From the NCBI GenBank assembly GCA_963795855.1, contig CAWCIZ010000003.1:416001-480000 (forward strand): a stretch of 64,000 nt of DNA. Reading direction: 5' to 3'. Made by a program: the position numbers and the translations under genes. A model generated the notes under the pieces. It was not told the origin of the DNA and searched no databases. It saw only the letters and a program-made list of their open reading frames with translations. Of the stretch, positions 20,951 to 30,387 are shown piece by piece (position 1 is the first letter of the stretch; each line of letters starts with the position of its first letter). The stretch is from Vulcanimicrobiota bacterium (GTDB taxonomy: Bacteria; Vulcanimicrobiota; Vulcanimicrobiia; Vulcanimicrobiales; Vulcanimicrobiaceae).

Positions 20951-21563
20951 TTGCCGAATCCGGGATCGCGTCGCCGGTCCGGTTCAAGCCCTGATCAACG
21001 AATTCAGCAAATTGCCGACCGTCGGTCCGAAAACGGCCGCGCGGCTGGTTTTTTATTTGCTCAACCGGCCGCGACAACGAAGCGCAGTCGCTGGCCGAAG
21101 CGATTCTCGCCGTCAAAGATCGCGTGCGGTTGTGCTCGGTCTGCTTTTCGATCACGGAAGAAGATCCGTGCGACATCTGCACGCGACGAACGGCGCGACG
21201 CGAAGACGATCTGCGTCGTCGCCGAAGCGAAAGACATTTTCGCGCTCGAACGCACGTCCGCGTACAAGGGCCGGTACCACGTGCTGGGCGGCCTGATCTC
21301 GCCGATGGACGGCATCGGTCCGCGCAGCTGCGCGTCAAAGAGCTCGTCGATCGCATCGGCGCGCGAACAGCCGCGCGGAGATCATCATCGCGACCAATCC
21401 GAACGCCGAAGGTGAAGCGACGGCGCTGTATCTTTCGCGTCTGCTCACGCCGCTCGGCGTCGCGGTCACGCGCCTGGCGTACGGTTTGCCGATCGGCGGC
21501 GACCTCGATTACGCCGACGAAGTCACGCTTGCAAAAGCGATCGAAGGCCGCCGCGCGCTGTAG
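20951..21563 (+). CDS. recR: Recombination protein RecR (several frameshifts; start approximate)
   Basis: [58 protein letters not shown]. Confidence 0.93.
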
Positions 21564-21630
21564 ACAGCGCGACATTTAAGCGCGGTGCAACGTTGTACGG
21601 AGAGAATTCGCACCAACGGAGTATCAAGCA

Positions 21631-22596
21631 ATGGCACGCAAGTTTTTCATCCCACTCGTTAGTTCGCTCGCGCTCGGCGCGGGCATCTTGTTCGCCTCCG
21701 CTCCTGCGGCCGCGGCGTCGTATTGCCCGTCGAACCAAAGTTTTTTCGGTACGATCGAGCGCGTGAACGGCCAAATGCTGACCGTTCGCACGCCAAGCAA
21801 CCACTGGGCCGACGTGCAAATCGATAGCGGCGCGCGCATTACGAGCGACGGCAGTTCGCTTCGGCCCGGACTTTCGGTCGGGGCGTACGGATGCGTCACA
21901 CCCGATGGCGTGTTCCACGCGACCGCGCTATCACTTACGACGAATCAGCGCTACTACAACGAGCAGTTGAGCGGCGTCGTACGGCAAATACAAAGCAACG
22001 GCCGTCTCTTGGTTGCGCAGACCGGACGCGGCGAAGCGATCTGGTACGTTCCCGACGTTGACGAGTATCACGTCGGTCAGCGCATGAGTGCAACCGGTAT
22101 GGTCGGCAGCAACGGTGTTTTTTACCCGCAGCGCATCAACGGCAACAGCACTGCTTACGACACCGACTATTCCAACGCACCCATAACGCGCACCGGCACC
22201 GTGCAGCGCGTGAACGCAAATTCGATTGTGGTCTGGGAACCGTCGAATCGCACGAGCGGTACGTGGATCGTGAACGATGCGGGGCGTTTCCGTAACGGCG
22301 AACGCGTCTCGGCGACTGGCACGGAAGATCGCACCGGCCGCTTCTACGTGCAGACCATCGACGTTCTGGGTTACTCGTCGGGCTGGTCGCGACCGGGCGT
22401 CGCGGCTATCACCCGAACCGGCACGGTACAGCGCGTCGGCGCCAACGCCATCATCGTCTGGGAACCGGCCAACCGCACGAGCGGCACCTGGATCGTGCCT
22501 AACGCCGGGCGCTTCCGCGTCGGCGAACGCGTCTCGGCGACCGGCACGCAAGACCGGTCCGGGCGTTTCTACGTGCGAACGATCAGCATTCTCTAG
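21631..22596 (+). CDS. Secreted protein with repeated OB-fold-like (DUF5666-like) beta modules
   Basis: Signal peptide; four ~60-aa units starting G.(I/V)..(V/I). Confidence 0.7.
   Translation: MARKFFIPLVSSLALGAGILFASAPAAAASYCPSNQSFFGTIERVNGQMLTVRTPSNHWADVQIDSGARITSDGSSLRPGLSVGAYGCVTPDGVFHATALSLTTNQRYYNEQLSGVVRQIQSNGRLLVAQTGRGEAIWYVPDVDEYHVGQRMSATGMVGSNGVFYPQRINGNSTAYDTDYSNAPITRTGTVQRVNANSIVVWEPSNRTSGTWIVNDAGRFRNGERVSATGTEDRTGRFYVQTIDVLGYSSGWSRPGVAAITRTGTVQRVGANAIIVWEPANRTSGTWIVPNAGRFRVGERVSATGTQDRSGRFYVRTISIL
22183..22593 (+). repeat. Intragenic direct repeat, two 186-bp units (22183-22368 and 22408-22593)
   Basis: ITRTGTVQRV.AN.I.VWEP.NRTSGTWIV..AGRFR.GERVSATGT.DR.GRFYV.TI occurs twice. 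Confidence 0.9.
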
Positions 22597-22699
22597 CAGC
22601 GTCGGCACTGGGGCGGCGAGATATAATTTCAGACCGCTCCAAACGCCGCAATGCCCCAACGTCATGCGCGGCGATTAAGAGCGCGTCTCGCGTAAAGTA

Positions 22700-23104
22700 C
22701 TACGCCGACTGAGTATGAGAGAGCACTTGTTGCACGAGCCGCCGCGCCTTAGTTTTCGCCTCTTCTCTGATTTGGCGAACGCGCGCGAGCGGCTGGCCTT
22801 TCGGATCCGCAAGCGCCCAATCGGCGTCAATCTCCCGTACGCCTTGGACGTCGCAGCCCATGGTGATAACCATGTCCGCCTTCGCCGCAATATCCGGATC
22901 GATAAGCTTGGGCCGTGCGGACGAGATGTCGATTCCATCTTCCGCCATCGCTTGTACGACGACGGGCTCCGGCTTATCGGCCGGTATCGTTCCGGCGGAT
23001 GCTACTTCGATACTGTCACCCGCAAAATGACGGACATACGCCTCGGCCATCTGACTGCGTCCCGTATTATGCCGGCAAACGAAGAGAATAAACGGCTTAC
23101 TCAC
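22700..23104 (-). CDS. arsC: Arsenate reductase (LMW-PTP fold)
   Basis: [14 protein letters not shown] (CX5R), SAGT, ITMGC, DP.GQP; GTGA overlap with acr3. Confidence 0.85.
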   Translation of the reverse strand: MSKPFILFVCRHNTGRSQMAEAYVRHFAGDSIEVASAGTIPADKPEPVVVQAMAEDGIDISSARPKLIDPDIAAKADMVITMGCDVQGVREIDADWALADPKGQPLARVRQIREEAKTKARRLVQQVLSHTQSA

Positions 23105-24157
23105 GTACCTGTTACGACTCCATAGGATTTTTGGAACTGCCGGGCCACGTTCACAAGAGTTAGCATAACCGGGACTTCGACAAGCGGACCGATTACGGCG
23201 GCGAATGCTTGACCCGAGTTGATGCCGAACACAGCCACCGCCACGGCGATCGCAAGTTCGAAATTGTTGCTCGCCGCGGTCAACGAGAGCGCAGTGGACG
23301 CGCCATAAGATGCGCCGAGCCGCTTGGCCATCCAAAACGAGACGAAGAACATCACGACGAAGTAAATAATCAGCGGAGCCGCAATAGTCAGCACGTCCAG
23401 CGGATGCTGCAGAATGCGTGAGCCCTGCAGGGCAAACAGCGCGACGATAGTCACCAGTAAAGCAACCAGCGTGAGCGGCGCGATGCGAGGAACGAACACG
23501 CTATCGTAAGGCTCGTCGCCCATATTTGGCCTCAGAACGCGACGGGTGAGAGCGCCTGCGGCAAACGGGATGCCCAAGTAAATGAGAACGTTCTTGGCAA
23601 CTTCAGCCATGCTCAAGTGGATGGCGAGCCCGTGCAACCCGACGATGGGCGGAAGTACCGTGATGAAAACGAACGCATAGGCCGCGTATCCGAATACCTG
23701 AAACAGCGAGTTGAAGGCGACCAGCGCGGCCGCGTACTCACGATCGCCGTCGGCCAGCTCGTTCCAGACGATTACCATGGCAATACACCGAGCCAGCCCG
23801 ACCAGAACCAGACCCGCGAAGAACGGTGCATTGTTGTGCAAAAAGAGCGCCGCTAGCCCGAACATTAATACCGGCGCGATTATCCAGTTTTGCACGAGCG
23901 ATACGCCGAAAAGCCGGAGGTCGTTAAACACTGCCGGCAACGCTTCATATCGAACGCGAGCAAAGGGTGGATACATCATCGCGATCAGTCCAATCGGCAC
24001 GACGATTGCGGGTAAGCGAAGCCCGACGACGCCGAGCGCGATGCCGATCCCCATCGCAATCAAGAATCCAAAGGGTGAGATAGCGGTCGAGAAAAGACAG
24101 GCGCGGAGCACGCGTCCGTGCTCCGGCTATCTTTTCGTGCCTCACTGTCGTCAACAT
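23101..24157 (-). CDS. acr3: Arsenite efflux transporter Acr3 (frameshift near 24062)
   Basis: [44 protein letters not shown]. Confidence 0.95.
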
Positions 24158-24238
24158 TAAGCCCAATGTTTTTGCGAGATGAGTTTTCCGAAGTTCGCGC
24201 AACCTTGCCGAACCGTAGACGCGCGATTGGAAAAGAGG

Positions 24239-24673
24239 CTAGGATGCGCAGCATTCATGTTCGGCGTCGGTCGCACAACACGCCGCGTCGGCGTTATCGC
24301 GCTCTTCCATTTCCTCGTGCACCGTGTAGATTTCCCAACGGCGCCCATCGGGATCCGTTGCCCACACCTTTGGTTTGATTCGCGTAGCAACACGTCGCTT
24401 CGCGCTCGACCAGCGTTTCGAGTCCTGCCGATTGTAATCGTGCAATCGCGGTCTCAACTGCTTCAATCGTATCGACGACCACGCCGAAGTGCGCTCCGTA
24501 CGGCGGTTTAACGCCGGCGATTCAAATCGAGCGCCAATTCCAGGCCGGGATTCTCGGTGACGAAGAGCGCGTAGTCGCCTCACCTCTTTCGCCGGCTCGC
24601 TGTTCAGCAGCGTGCGATAGAAGGCGATGCTCTTGTCCAAATCGGCTGTTGCGAGATTCAGATGCGTTTTCAT
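24239..24673 (-). CDS. arsI: ArsI/CadI family VOC (glyoxalase-fold) protein, C-As lyase-like (multiple frameshifts)
   Basis: HLNL..DL..SIAFY, HFGVVV, TCCYANQTK, W.TDPDGRRWEIY. Confidence 0.82.
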   Translation of the reverse strand: MKTHLNLATADLDKSIAFYRTLLNSEPAKEVRRLRALRHRESRPGIGARFESPALNRRTERTSAWSSIRLKQLRPRLHDYNRQDSKRWSSAKRRVATRIKPKVWATDPDGRRWEIYTVHEEMEERDNADAACCATDAEHECCAS

Positions 24674-25003
24674 GCCGGGAGCTTTCTGCGGAAAGGCGAG
24701 CGTGAAGGCGTCATGCAACCGCTGCTGAGCCTCTGAAGCGATACGATAGTACACCCATGTGCCGCGCCGCTCGCATGTGACGAGTCCGGCGTCACGCAGA
24801 ATCTTTAGATGATGGGAGACTGTTGGCTGGTTTAGCGGAAGGCCCGCGGTGAAGTCGCACACGCACAATTCATCCTCGGCCCGCGTCAGGGATGCCAGCA
24901 TCGCCAAACGGTGAGGATCTGCGATAGCCTTGAACAACGCCGCGGGCTCTTCAAAATCTCCGTGCGCCAGCCCGCTGGGCGGGCAACAGGGTTGCATCGA
25001 CAT
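24670..25003 (-). CDS. arsR: ArsR/SmtB metalloregulator (reads in frame into arsI as assembled; 3' end uncertain)
   Basis: FKAIADPHRL, ELCVCD, QPTVSHHLKILR.AGLV, RRGTWVYY; N-terminal CC. Confidence 0.92.
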
Positions 25004-25041
25004 ACGTCGATATTAGTGCCTACATCGAAGATAGTCAATAT
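24995..25041. promoter_or_regulatory. Tandem palindromic ArsR operator sites
   Basis: CATCGA-catacg-TCGATAT (24995-25013) and CATCGA-agatag-TCAATAT (25023-25041) at the arsR start. Confidence 0.7.
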
Positions 25042-25156
25042 AGCGGCCCGGACGGACCGCCACAACACCACCGGCGCAGTTTCGCATCGCAATTTAGAAG
25101 CGCCACGGCAACTCGCCCCCTTTGCTTCCGCCTGCGCTTTGTGCTACAAAGTGGAT

Positions 25157-25756
25157 ATGACGGACCTGGAGCGCGCGCTCGCGGACATCGCCGAGGTCCG
25201 CGAACGTCTGGGGCACGTACAGCGATTCCGCGGATACTCCGGCATTGCGGCTGCGGCATCCGGCGGCTTCGCCGTCGCGGCCGGCGCATTGCAATTGCTG
25301 CTCGTTCCGCACGTGCAAACGGTGCATCAGGGACATCTCTATTTCGCGTTGTGGTTTGCATGCTGCGCCGCGGCGGTGCTGGTGAATTACGGCACTATCG
25401 CGCACTGGTACGTCAACGACGCAACGGCGCGCGATCGATGGCAAACGGCAACCGTCGGCCTTTCCATGATTCCGGCGCTCGTGCTCGGAGCGGTGCTTTC
25501 GTTCGCACTGCTGCGCGCGAACCTCTATGCGTTCTTGCCGGGCATCTGGTATGGCTGCTACGGCGTCGGCCTGTTCGCTTCACGCACGATGGTGCCGCGC
25601 GCCGTCGTGCCTATCGCAGCCGCGTTCATGCTCGCCGGAATGGGATTGCTCTTTGTGCCGCCTTCAATCGCGCTCTCGTGGTGGGTATTGGCGCTCGGCT
25701 TCGGCGCGGGACAGACTGCAATCGGCGCGATCGTGATGCGCGAGCGTACGGTATGA
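25157..25756 (+). CDS. Hypothetical multi-pass membrane protein
   Basis: About 6 hydrophobic segments; ATGA overlap with the downstream HTH gene. Confidence 0.7.
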   Translation: MTDLERALADIAEVRERLGHVQRFRGYSGIAAAASGGFAVAAGALQLLLVPHVQTVHQGHLYFALWFACCAAAVLVNYGTIAHWYVNDATARDRWQTATVGLSMIPALVLGAVLSFALLRANLYAFLPGIWYGCYGVGLFASRTMVPRAVVPIAAAFMLAGMGLLFVPPSIALSWWVLALGFGAGQTAIGAIVMRERTV

Positions 25757-26124
25757 GCGAAGCTCCGTACGCGCTCGGTGCGCTCGACCGCGTCTTTCAC
25801 GAACGCGGGCGTTTGGGGATTTGCAGCGCACTCGTCGCAAATGCCGACGGCCTCTCGTTCACGCAGCTGCAGGATGCGTGCAGCCTCACGGACGGCAATC
25901 TCAACCGTCATCTCCACGCCCTGGCCGAGATCGGTATCGTCGAAATGCGGCGCATCACCGGCAAGGGACGGCCACAAACGCTGGTGCGCATCACGCGCGA
26001 GGGCCGCGAGCGGTTTCTCGATTACATCGATGCGCTGGAAGCCGTAGTGCGCGACGTTCAACGATCCCGCAAGCGCAAAGCATCGCCCGCGCGCACCATC
26101 CCCGCCAGCTCGACGTCGCAGTAA
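25753..26124 (+). CDS. Winged-helix transcriptional regulator (MarR/ArsR-like, HTH_34 type)
   Basis: LDRVFHERGRLGI, LTDGNLNRHL, T.EGR.RF..YI.ALE. Confidence 0.85.
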   Translation: MSEAPYALGALDRVFHERGRLGICSALVANADGLSFTQLQDACSLTDGNLNRHLHALAEIGIVEMRRITGKGRPQTLVRITREGRERFLDYIDALEAVVRDVQRSRKRKASPARTIPASSTSQ

Positions 26125-26699
26125 ACGCCCATGACGTTCGCGCGCTTCTGCGCGACGTACAACAGCACGTCTTCGTCGCTTTCGCCTGTTTCCACGTCGT
26201 AGGTCGTCGTAATGCAGCGTCCGATCGTATCGCGAACGCGCACGACCGCGTCGCCGATTTCGATCGCGGCGCCCAAGAGATCGGATTCCGCGAACGTGAA
26301 GCCGGCGTCCGCACGAGCGTAAAAATTCGGACGCCATCGCCGCGGATCCAGGCGCGTCTCCAAGGCGGCTTCCACTTCGCCGATCCAACGGTCGAAAATC
26401 AGCGACAGCGGCGCATCGTCGAAGTAGTGCCGTTCCGGCTCCGCCTCCGGCTCGACGACCACGCCGCGACGCGCGGCCATCTGCACGGCGTCTTCTACGC
26501 GCGCAGTGGTGTGCAGCAGATTGTGCTCCTTGCCCCGGAAAGTTTTTCCGGCGCGCGCATGTCCCGTTCGCACCAGCAGCGCGCCCGCGCGATCTCCCGG
26601 AATGCCGCCCGCTTCGACCGGCGTCGACTCGAGCGGCTCCGCCGCCAGACTCTTCATCGGATAGCGCCAAATCGCGCCGACTCGGCCAAGATTCCGCAT
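26058..26699 (-). CDS. MOSC domain protein
   Basis: IWRYPMKS, GDRA, RRWRPN, GRC.TTT. Confidence 0.85.
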   Translation of the reverse strand: MRNLGRVGAIWRYPMKSLAAEPLESTPVEAGGIPGDRAGALLVRTGHARAGKTFRGKEHNLLHTTARVEDAVQMAARRGVVVEPEAEPERHYFDDAPLSLIFDRWIGEVEAALETRLDPRRWRPNFYARADAGFTFAESDLLGAAIEIGDAVVRVRDTIGRCITTTYDVETGESDEDVLLYVAQKRANVMGVYCDVELAGMVRAGDALRLRDR

Positions 26700-26749
26700 G
26701 CGCGAAAACTACCATAGGATAGCGACGAAATCCTCAAGAAAGCGCTTGA

Positions 26750-27694
26750 ATGAATCCGGCGGGTGAAGCCTCACTCCTGCGGCCCTTGTCCCTAGGCGAA
26801 GTATTCGATCGCGCCGTGACGCTTTACGTGCGCAATTTGGGGCTCTTCACCGCCATCGCACTCGTGCTCGTCGTACCGGTATCGGTGCTGCGGTATTTCA
26901 TCGGCTTGCACAGCGGCGGAGCGTTCGCGCAGGTGTTCGACCAACTGCAGCATCCCGGCAAGCTCCCCGTTCCGGATACGAGTGGCGTCGATGGCGCTTT
27001 GTCGATGGCGACGATTGCAGCCGGAATTGTGCTCAATGCGTTTACTATGGTGGCGATCGCCCGGGCCGTCGGCGCGCTCTACCGCGGCGAGCAGCCGCAG
27101 TGGAGCGCGTGCTATCTGTACGCGCTGCGCCGCACGGGCGCGGTGCTGCTTACGCTCGGGTGCGAGATCCTCGCGTTTGCAGCCGTCTTCTTCGCAGGCG
27201 CCGTTGCCGTCGGCATCGTGCTCGGTATCGGTTTCGTCGTGATGCCTTTCTCCGGCGTGCTCGGCGTCGTGGCGCTCGTCTTCGCCGGCATCGCCGCGCT
27301 CGCGTGGATTTGCATCGTCCTGCTCGTCTATCTCGCATTCGCGTTCGGTTTCGCGGCGCTGGCTGTCGAGGATACCCGCGCCGGAGGCGCAATGGCAAGC
27401 GGCTTCGCCCGTATTTTCAACCGCGCCGAACTGTGGCGCGGTGTGCTCGTGTGCCTCGCCTTCGTCGTCGTGTACTTCGGCATCTCGTTCGTCTCTCTGG
27501 GCTCCGGTGCGGTGCTGGAGTCGCTTAAGCTGCATGTGGTGTGGATCGCGATCGGCGCGCTGATTTCGTTGGTGGCCACTGCGCTCGTAGGGGTTATCGT
27601 GGCGGTGTATTACTTGGACGTGCGGATCCGGCGCGAGGGCTTGGACATGCACATGGAAATGGAACGTTTGCACCCGATCGCATCGGCGCCGTGA
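26750..27694 (+). CDS. Membrane protein of the MoxR-cluster type
   Basis: LRPLSLGEVFDRA N-terminus and YYLDVRIRREGLD C-terminus; multi-TM. Confidence 0.75.
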   Translation: MNPAGEASLLRPLSLGEVFDRAVTLYVRNLGLFTAIALVLVVPVSVLRYFIGLHSGGAFAQVFDQLQHPGKLPVPDTSGVDGALSMATIAAGIVLNAFTMVAIARAVGALYRGEQPQWSACYLYALRRTGAVLLTLGCEILAFAAVFFAGAVAVGIVLGIGFVVMPFSGVLGVVALVFAGIAALAWICIVLLVYLAFAFGFAALAVEDTRAGGAMASGFARIFNRAELWRGVLVCLAFVVVYFGISFVSLGSGAVLESLKLHVVWIAIGALISLVATALVGVIVAVYYLDVRIRREGLDMHMEMERLHPIASAP

Positions 27695-28350
27695 CGCCGT
27701 TCGCGCCGTTCGGGGCGCGGCTTCCGCCGCGCGCTCCGGAGGCGCTCGCGCGCGAGATTCTCTCGCAAGCCCGTTTCCGCGTTCGCCTTGCTGCGCCGCA
27801 GCGTACGTGGTGGGATGCGGTCCAAGGTTGGATCGGCGCGGAATGGAATCGCCTCGTCGATGCCTTCGCGCATCACGTGCGGATCGGCGCCGGGACGAGC
27901 ATCGCGTTCGGGGATCTTCTCGTCGCTGCAATCGTCGCGATCATCGCGATCGTTACGGTGAGATTGCTGCTCGGCATGGTGCGCGAAAGTTCCGGGCGCG
28001 GCCCCGCGCGGGCACCGGCGCACGCACACGCAAGCGCGCATGCGCTCCACGCTTTCGCGTTGCAAGCGGCGGAACGCGGCGCGTACGATACGGCCGTTGC
28101 ACTGCTTTTCAATGCTGCGCTTACGGCGCTCGACGCGCGCGGAGTGCTTCGCGACGATCCGGCGCGAACGGTCAAAGAGTGCACCCGCGACGTCCGCGCG
28201 CGCGTTCCGCGCGCCGCATTCGCATTCGAGGTTCTGGCCCGCGGATTTACGGCTGCGGTGTACGCCGAAGATCGTGTTACGCCGCAGCATTGGGCGGATG
28301 CGGAGCGCGCGTATGCGGCGTTCGTGACTACTGATGGTCATGCCGCGTAG
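27691..28350 (+). CDS. DUF4129-like membrane-anchored protein
   Basis: AREIL...F, one TM, A..G.Y..AV, RT..E, F..AVY; cluster position. Confidence 0.7.
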   Translation: MTPFAPFGARLPPRAPEALAREILSQARFRVRLAAPQRTWWDAVQGWIGAEWNRLVDAFAHHVRIGAGTSIAFGDLLVAAIVAIIAIVTVRLLLGMVRESSGRGPARAPAHAHASAHALHAFALQAAERGAYDTAVALLFNAALTALDARGVLRDDPARTVKECTRDVRARVPRAAFAFEVLARGFTAAVYAEDRVTPQHWADAERAYAAFVTTDGHAA

Positions 28351-29425
28351 TCGCAGCGCGGAGCTCGCGATTCTGATCGTTGCGGTGCTGCTTGTCGCCG
28401 TGCTGGCGCTGCTGCGGTCGTCGCAGAGCGCCGCAATGCCGAGCGAGCCGTCGACCTTCGACACGGGCGCGAACGGCTACGCTGCACTGTATTCGCTGCT
28501 GCAGCAAGAACGTGTACCGGCGGAGCGCTATGAGTTTCCCGCCGCGCAGATCGACGGCCGCGGTACCCTCGTCATCGCCGGCGACGGCGCGCTTGCAGCG
28601 GCTGCGTCTTCGCCGGAGGTACCCGGCGCGCTCGATCGGTGGACGCGCAACGGCAGCATGCTCGTGATTTTGGACGGCTCCGTCTCGCGCGCGTCGCGCT
28701 CGGCCTTCGGGCTTCTGCCGCTGTCGCGCGCGCGATCGTCTGCTACCGCGCGTACGGGCTGCGCATTCGCCGCATCGCAGCGCGGCTTGACGATCGCTGG
28801 GACGTTCGGAGGCGCAGGCACAGCGGCGTGCGATAGCCGGCGGGCCGCGGTGTTCGCGAACGGTGCCGACGCGTACGCGATCGCCTATCGACGCGGCCGG
28901 GGCACGATCGTTTTCGTGGACACTCCGAGCGTGTTCGACAACCTGCATCTCTCCCAGCGATCGAATGCGCGCGCAGCGTATGCAGTGCTCGCCGGCCATG
29001 GGCCGGTGCTCTTCGACGAGCGCGTTCACGGCTACGCCGCCGGCCGGTCGTTTTGGGAAGTACTGCCCGTCGCGATGCGCGTCGCGATTTTGCTCGCGAT
29101 AGCTGCTGCGGTACTCGCGATTGTGGGTGCGAATCTTCCGTTCGCGCCGCCGTATCGGGTGCCAAGCCAAGAAGAGCGGGATTCCGCGGCGTACATTGCA
29201 TCGGTGGCGCGTATGCTAGAGCGCGGCGGAGCAGCGAACGAAGCCGTCGCACGCATTGCGGCGCGGTGCGAACGCGTCCTGGCTCCTCGCGCGGGGGGCG
29301 ATGAACGGGCACGGATGTTGCTGCGCGAACTGCGAACACTCGAATCGACCCCGCGCCCGGGCACCAACGACGTGCTTCATGCCGGCCGCATCTTCGCACG
29401 CGTGCGAAAGGACTATGGATGCTGA
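28334..29425 (+). CDS. DUF4350-like protein
   Basis: STFD.GANGYAALY.LL, G.GTIV, VLFDERVHG; N- and C-terminal TM. Confidence 0.7.
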   Translation: MVMPRSRSAELAILIVAVLLVAVLALLRSSQSAAMPSEPSTFDTGANGYAALYSLLQQERVPAERYEFPAAQIDGRGTLVIAGDGALAAAASSPEVPGALDRWTRNGSMLVILDGSVSRASRSAFGLLPLSRARSSATARTGCAFAASQRGLTIAGTFGGAGTAACDSRRAAVFANGADAYAIAYRRGRGTIVFVDTPSVFDNLHLSQRSNARAAYAVLAGHGPVLFDERVHGYAAGRSFWEVLPVAMRVAILLAIAAAVLAIVGANLPFAPPYRVPSQEERDSAAYIASVARMLERGGAANEAVARIAARCERVLAPRAGGDERARMLLRELRTLESTPRPGTNDVLHAGRIFARVRKDYGC

Positions 29426-30387
29426 CGACGAGCGCCCACGAACTGGCCGAACGAATTACGCGCGGCATGCAAGGGATCATCGTCGGCGGCGATCGCACGA
29501 CGTTCGCGCTGCTGGTCGCGCTGTTCGCGCGCGGCCACGCGCTGATCGAAGGCGTGCCGGGGACGGGAAAGACGCTCGCGGTGCGCGCGCTCGCGTCGCT
29601 GATCGGCGCGCAGTACCGCCGCATCCAGTTCACGCCGGATCTGCTTCCCGCGGACGTCGTGGGCACGACGGTTTTCAACCCGAAGACGGCGGAATTCAGC
29701 ACGCGTCCGGGGCCGATTTTCACGAACGTTCTGCTTGCCGACGAAATCAACCGCACGCCGCCGAAGACGCAGTCTGCGTTGCTGGAAGCGATGGAAGAGG
29801 CGCGCGTGACGATCGACGGATCCCCGCTGACGCTTCCCGAGCCGTTCTTCGTGTGCGCCACGCAAAACCCGATCGAGTACGAAGGTACGTATCCTCTGCC
29901 GGAAGCGCAATTGGACCGGTTTCTCGTAAAGATCGACGCGACGTACCCGCACGAAGACCAAGAACTGCAACTGCTTGCGCGGGTGGCGGAGGGTTTCGAC
30001 GCACGCGCGATCGAGCCGCAAAGGACTGCTCCGCTTGCGCAGCCCGCGGAGATTTTGCAGGCGCAGGCGCAAGTGCGAACGGTGCACGTGTCGGCGGGCG
30101 TTCAACGCTATGTGTACGCCGTCGTCGCCGCTACGCGGGCGCACCGTCGCCTCGCGCTTGGCGCCAGTCCGCGCGCCGGCGTCTCGCTCTTGCTGGCAGC
30201 TCAGGCGTCAGCCGCGATCGAGGCGCGCGATTTCGCGACGCCGGACGACGTGAAGGAGATCGCCCCGCTCGTGCTGCCGCATCGGCTCATCGTACAGCCG
30301 GAAGCGGAGATCGAAGGAGTGGACGCGCCGGCGGTGCTCGCGCAGATTTTGCAAGCCGTTCCGGTGCCGCGTGAAACGACTGCGTGA
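29419..30387 (+). CDS. MoxR family AAA+ ATPase
   Basis: GVPGTGKT, RIQFTPDLLP, LADEINRTPPKTQSALLEAMEE, ATQNPIEYEGTYPLPEAQLDRF. Confidence 0.95.
   Translation: MLTTSAHELAERITRGMQGIIVGGDRTTFALLVALFARGHALIEGVPGTGKTLAVRALASLIGAQYRRIQFTPDLLPADVVGTTVFNPKTAEFSTRPGPIFTNVLLADEINRTPPKTQSALLEAMEEARVTIDGSPLTLPEPFFVCATQNPIEYEGTYPLPEAQLDRFLVKIDATYPHEDQELQLLARVAEGFDARAIEPQRTAPLAQPAEILQAQAQVRTVHVSAGVQRYVYAVVAATRAHRRLALGASPRAGVSLLLAAQASAAIEARDFATPDDVKEIAPLVLPHRLIVQPEAEIEGVDAPAVLAQILQAVPVPRETTA

Noticed and set aside
22597..25156. ars cluster as a defined mobile element
   Set aside because: I found no integrase, transposase, tRNA target or flanking direct/inverted repeats by eye, so it is kept only as a possible islet.
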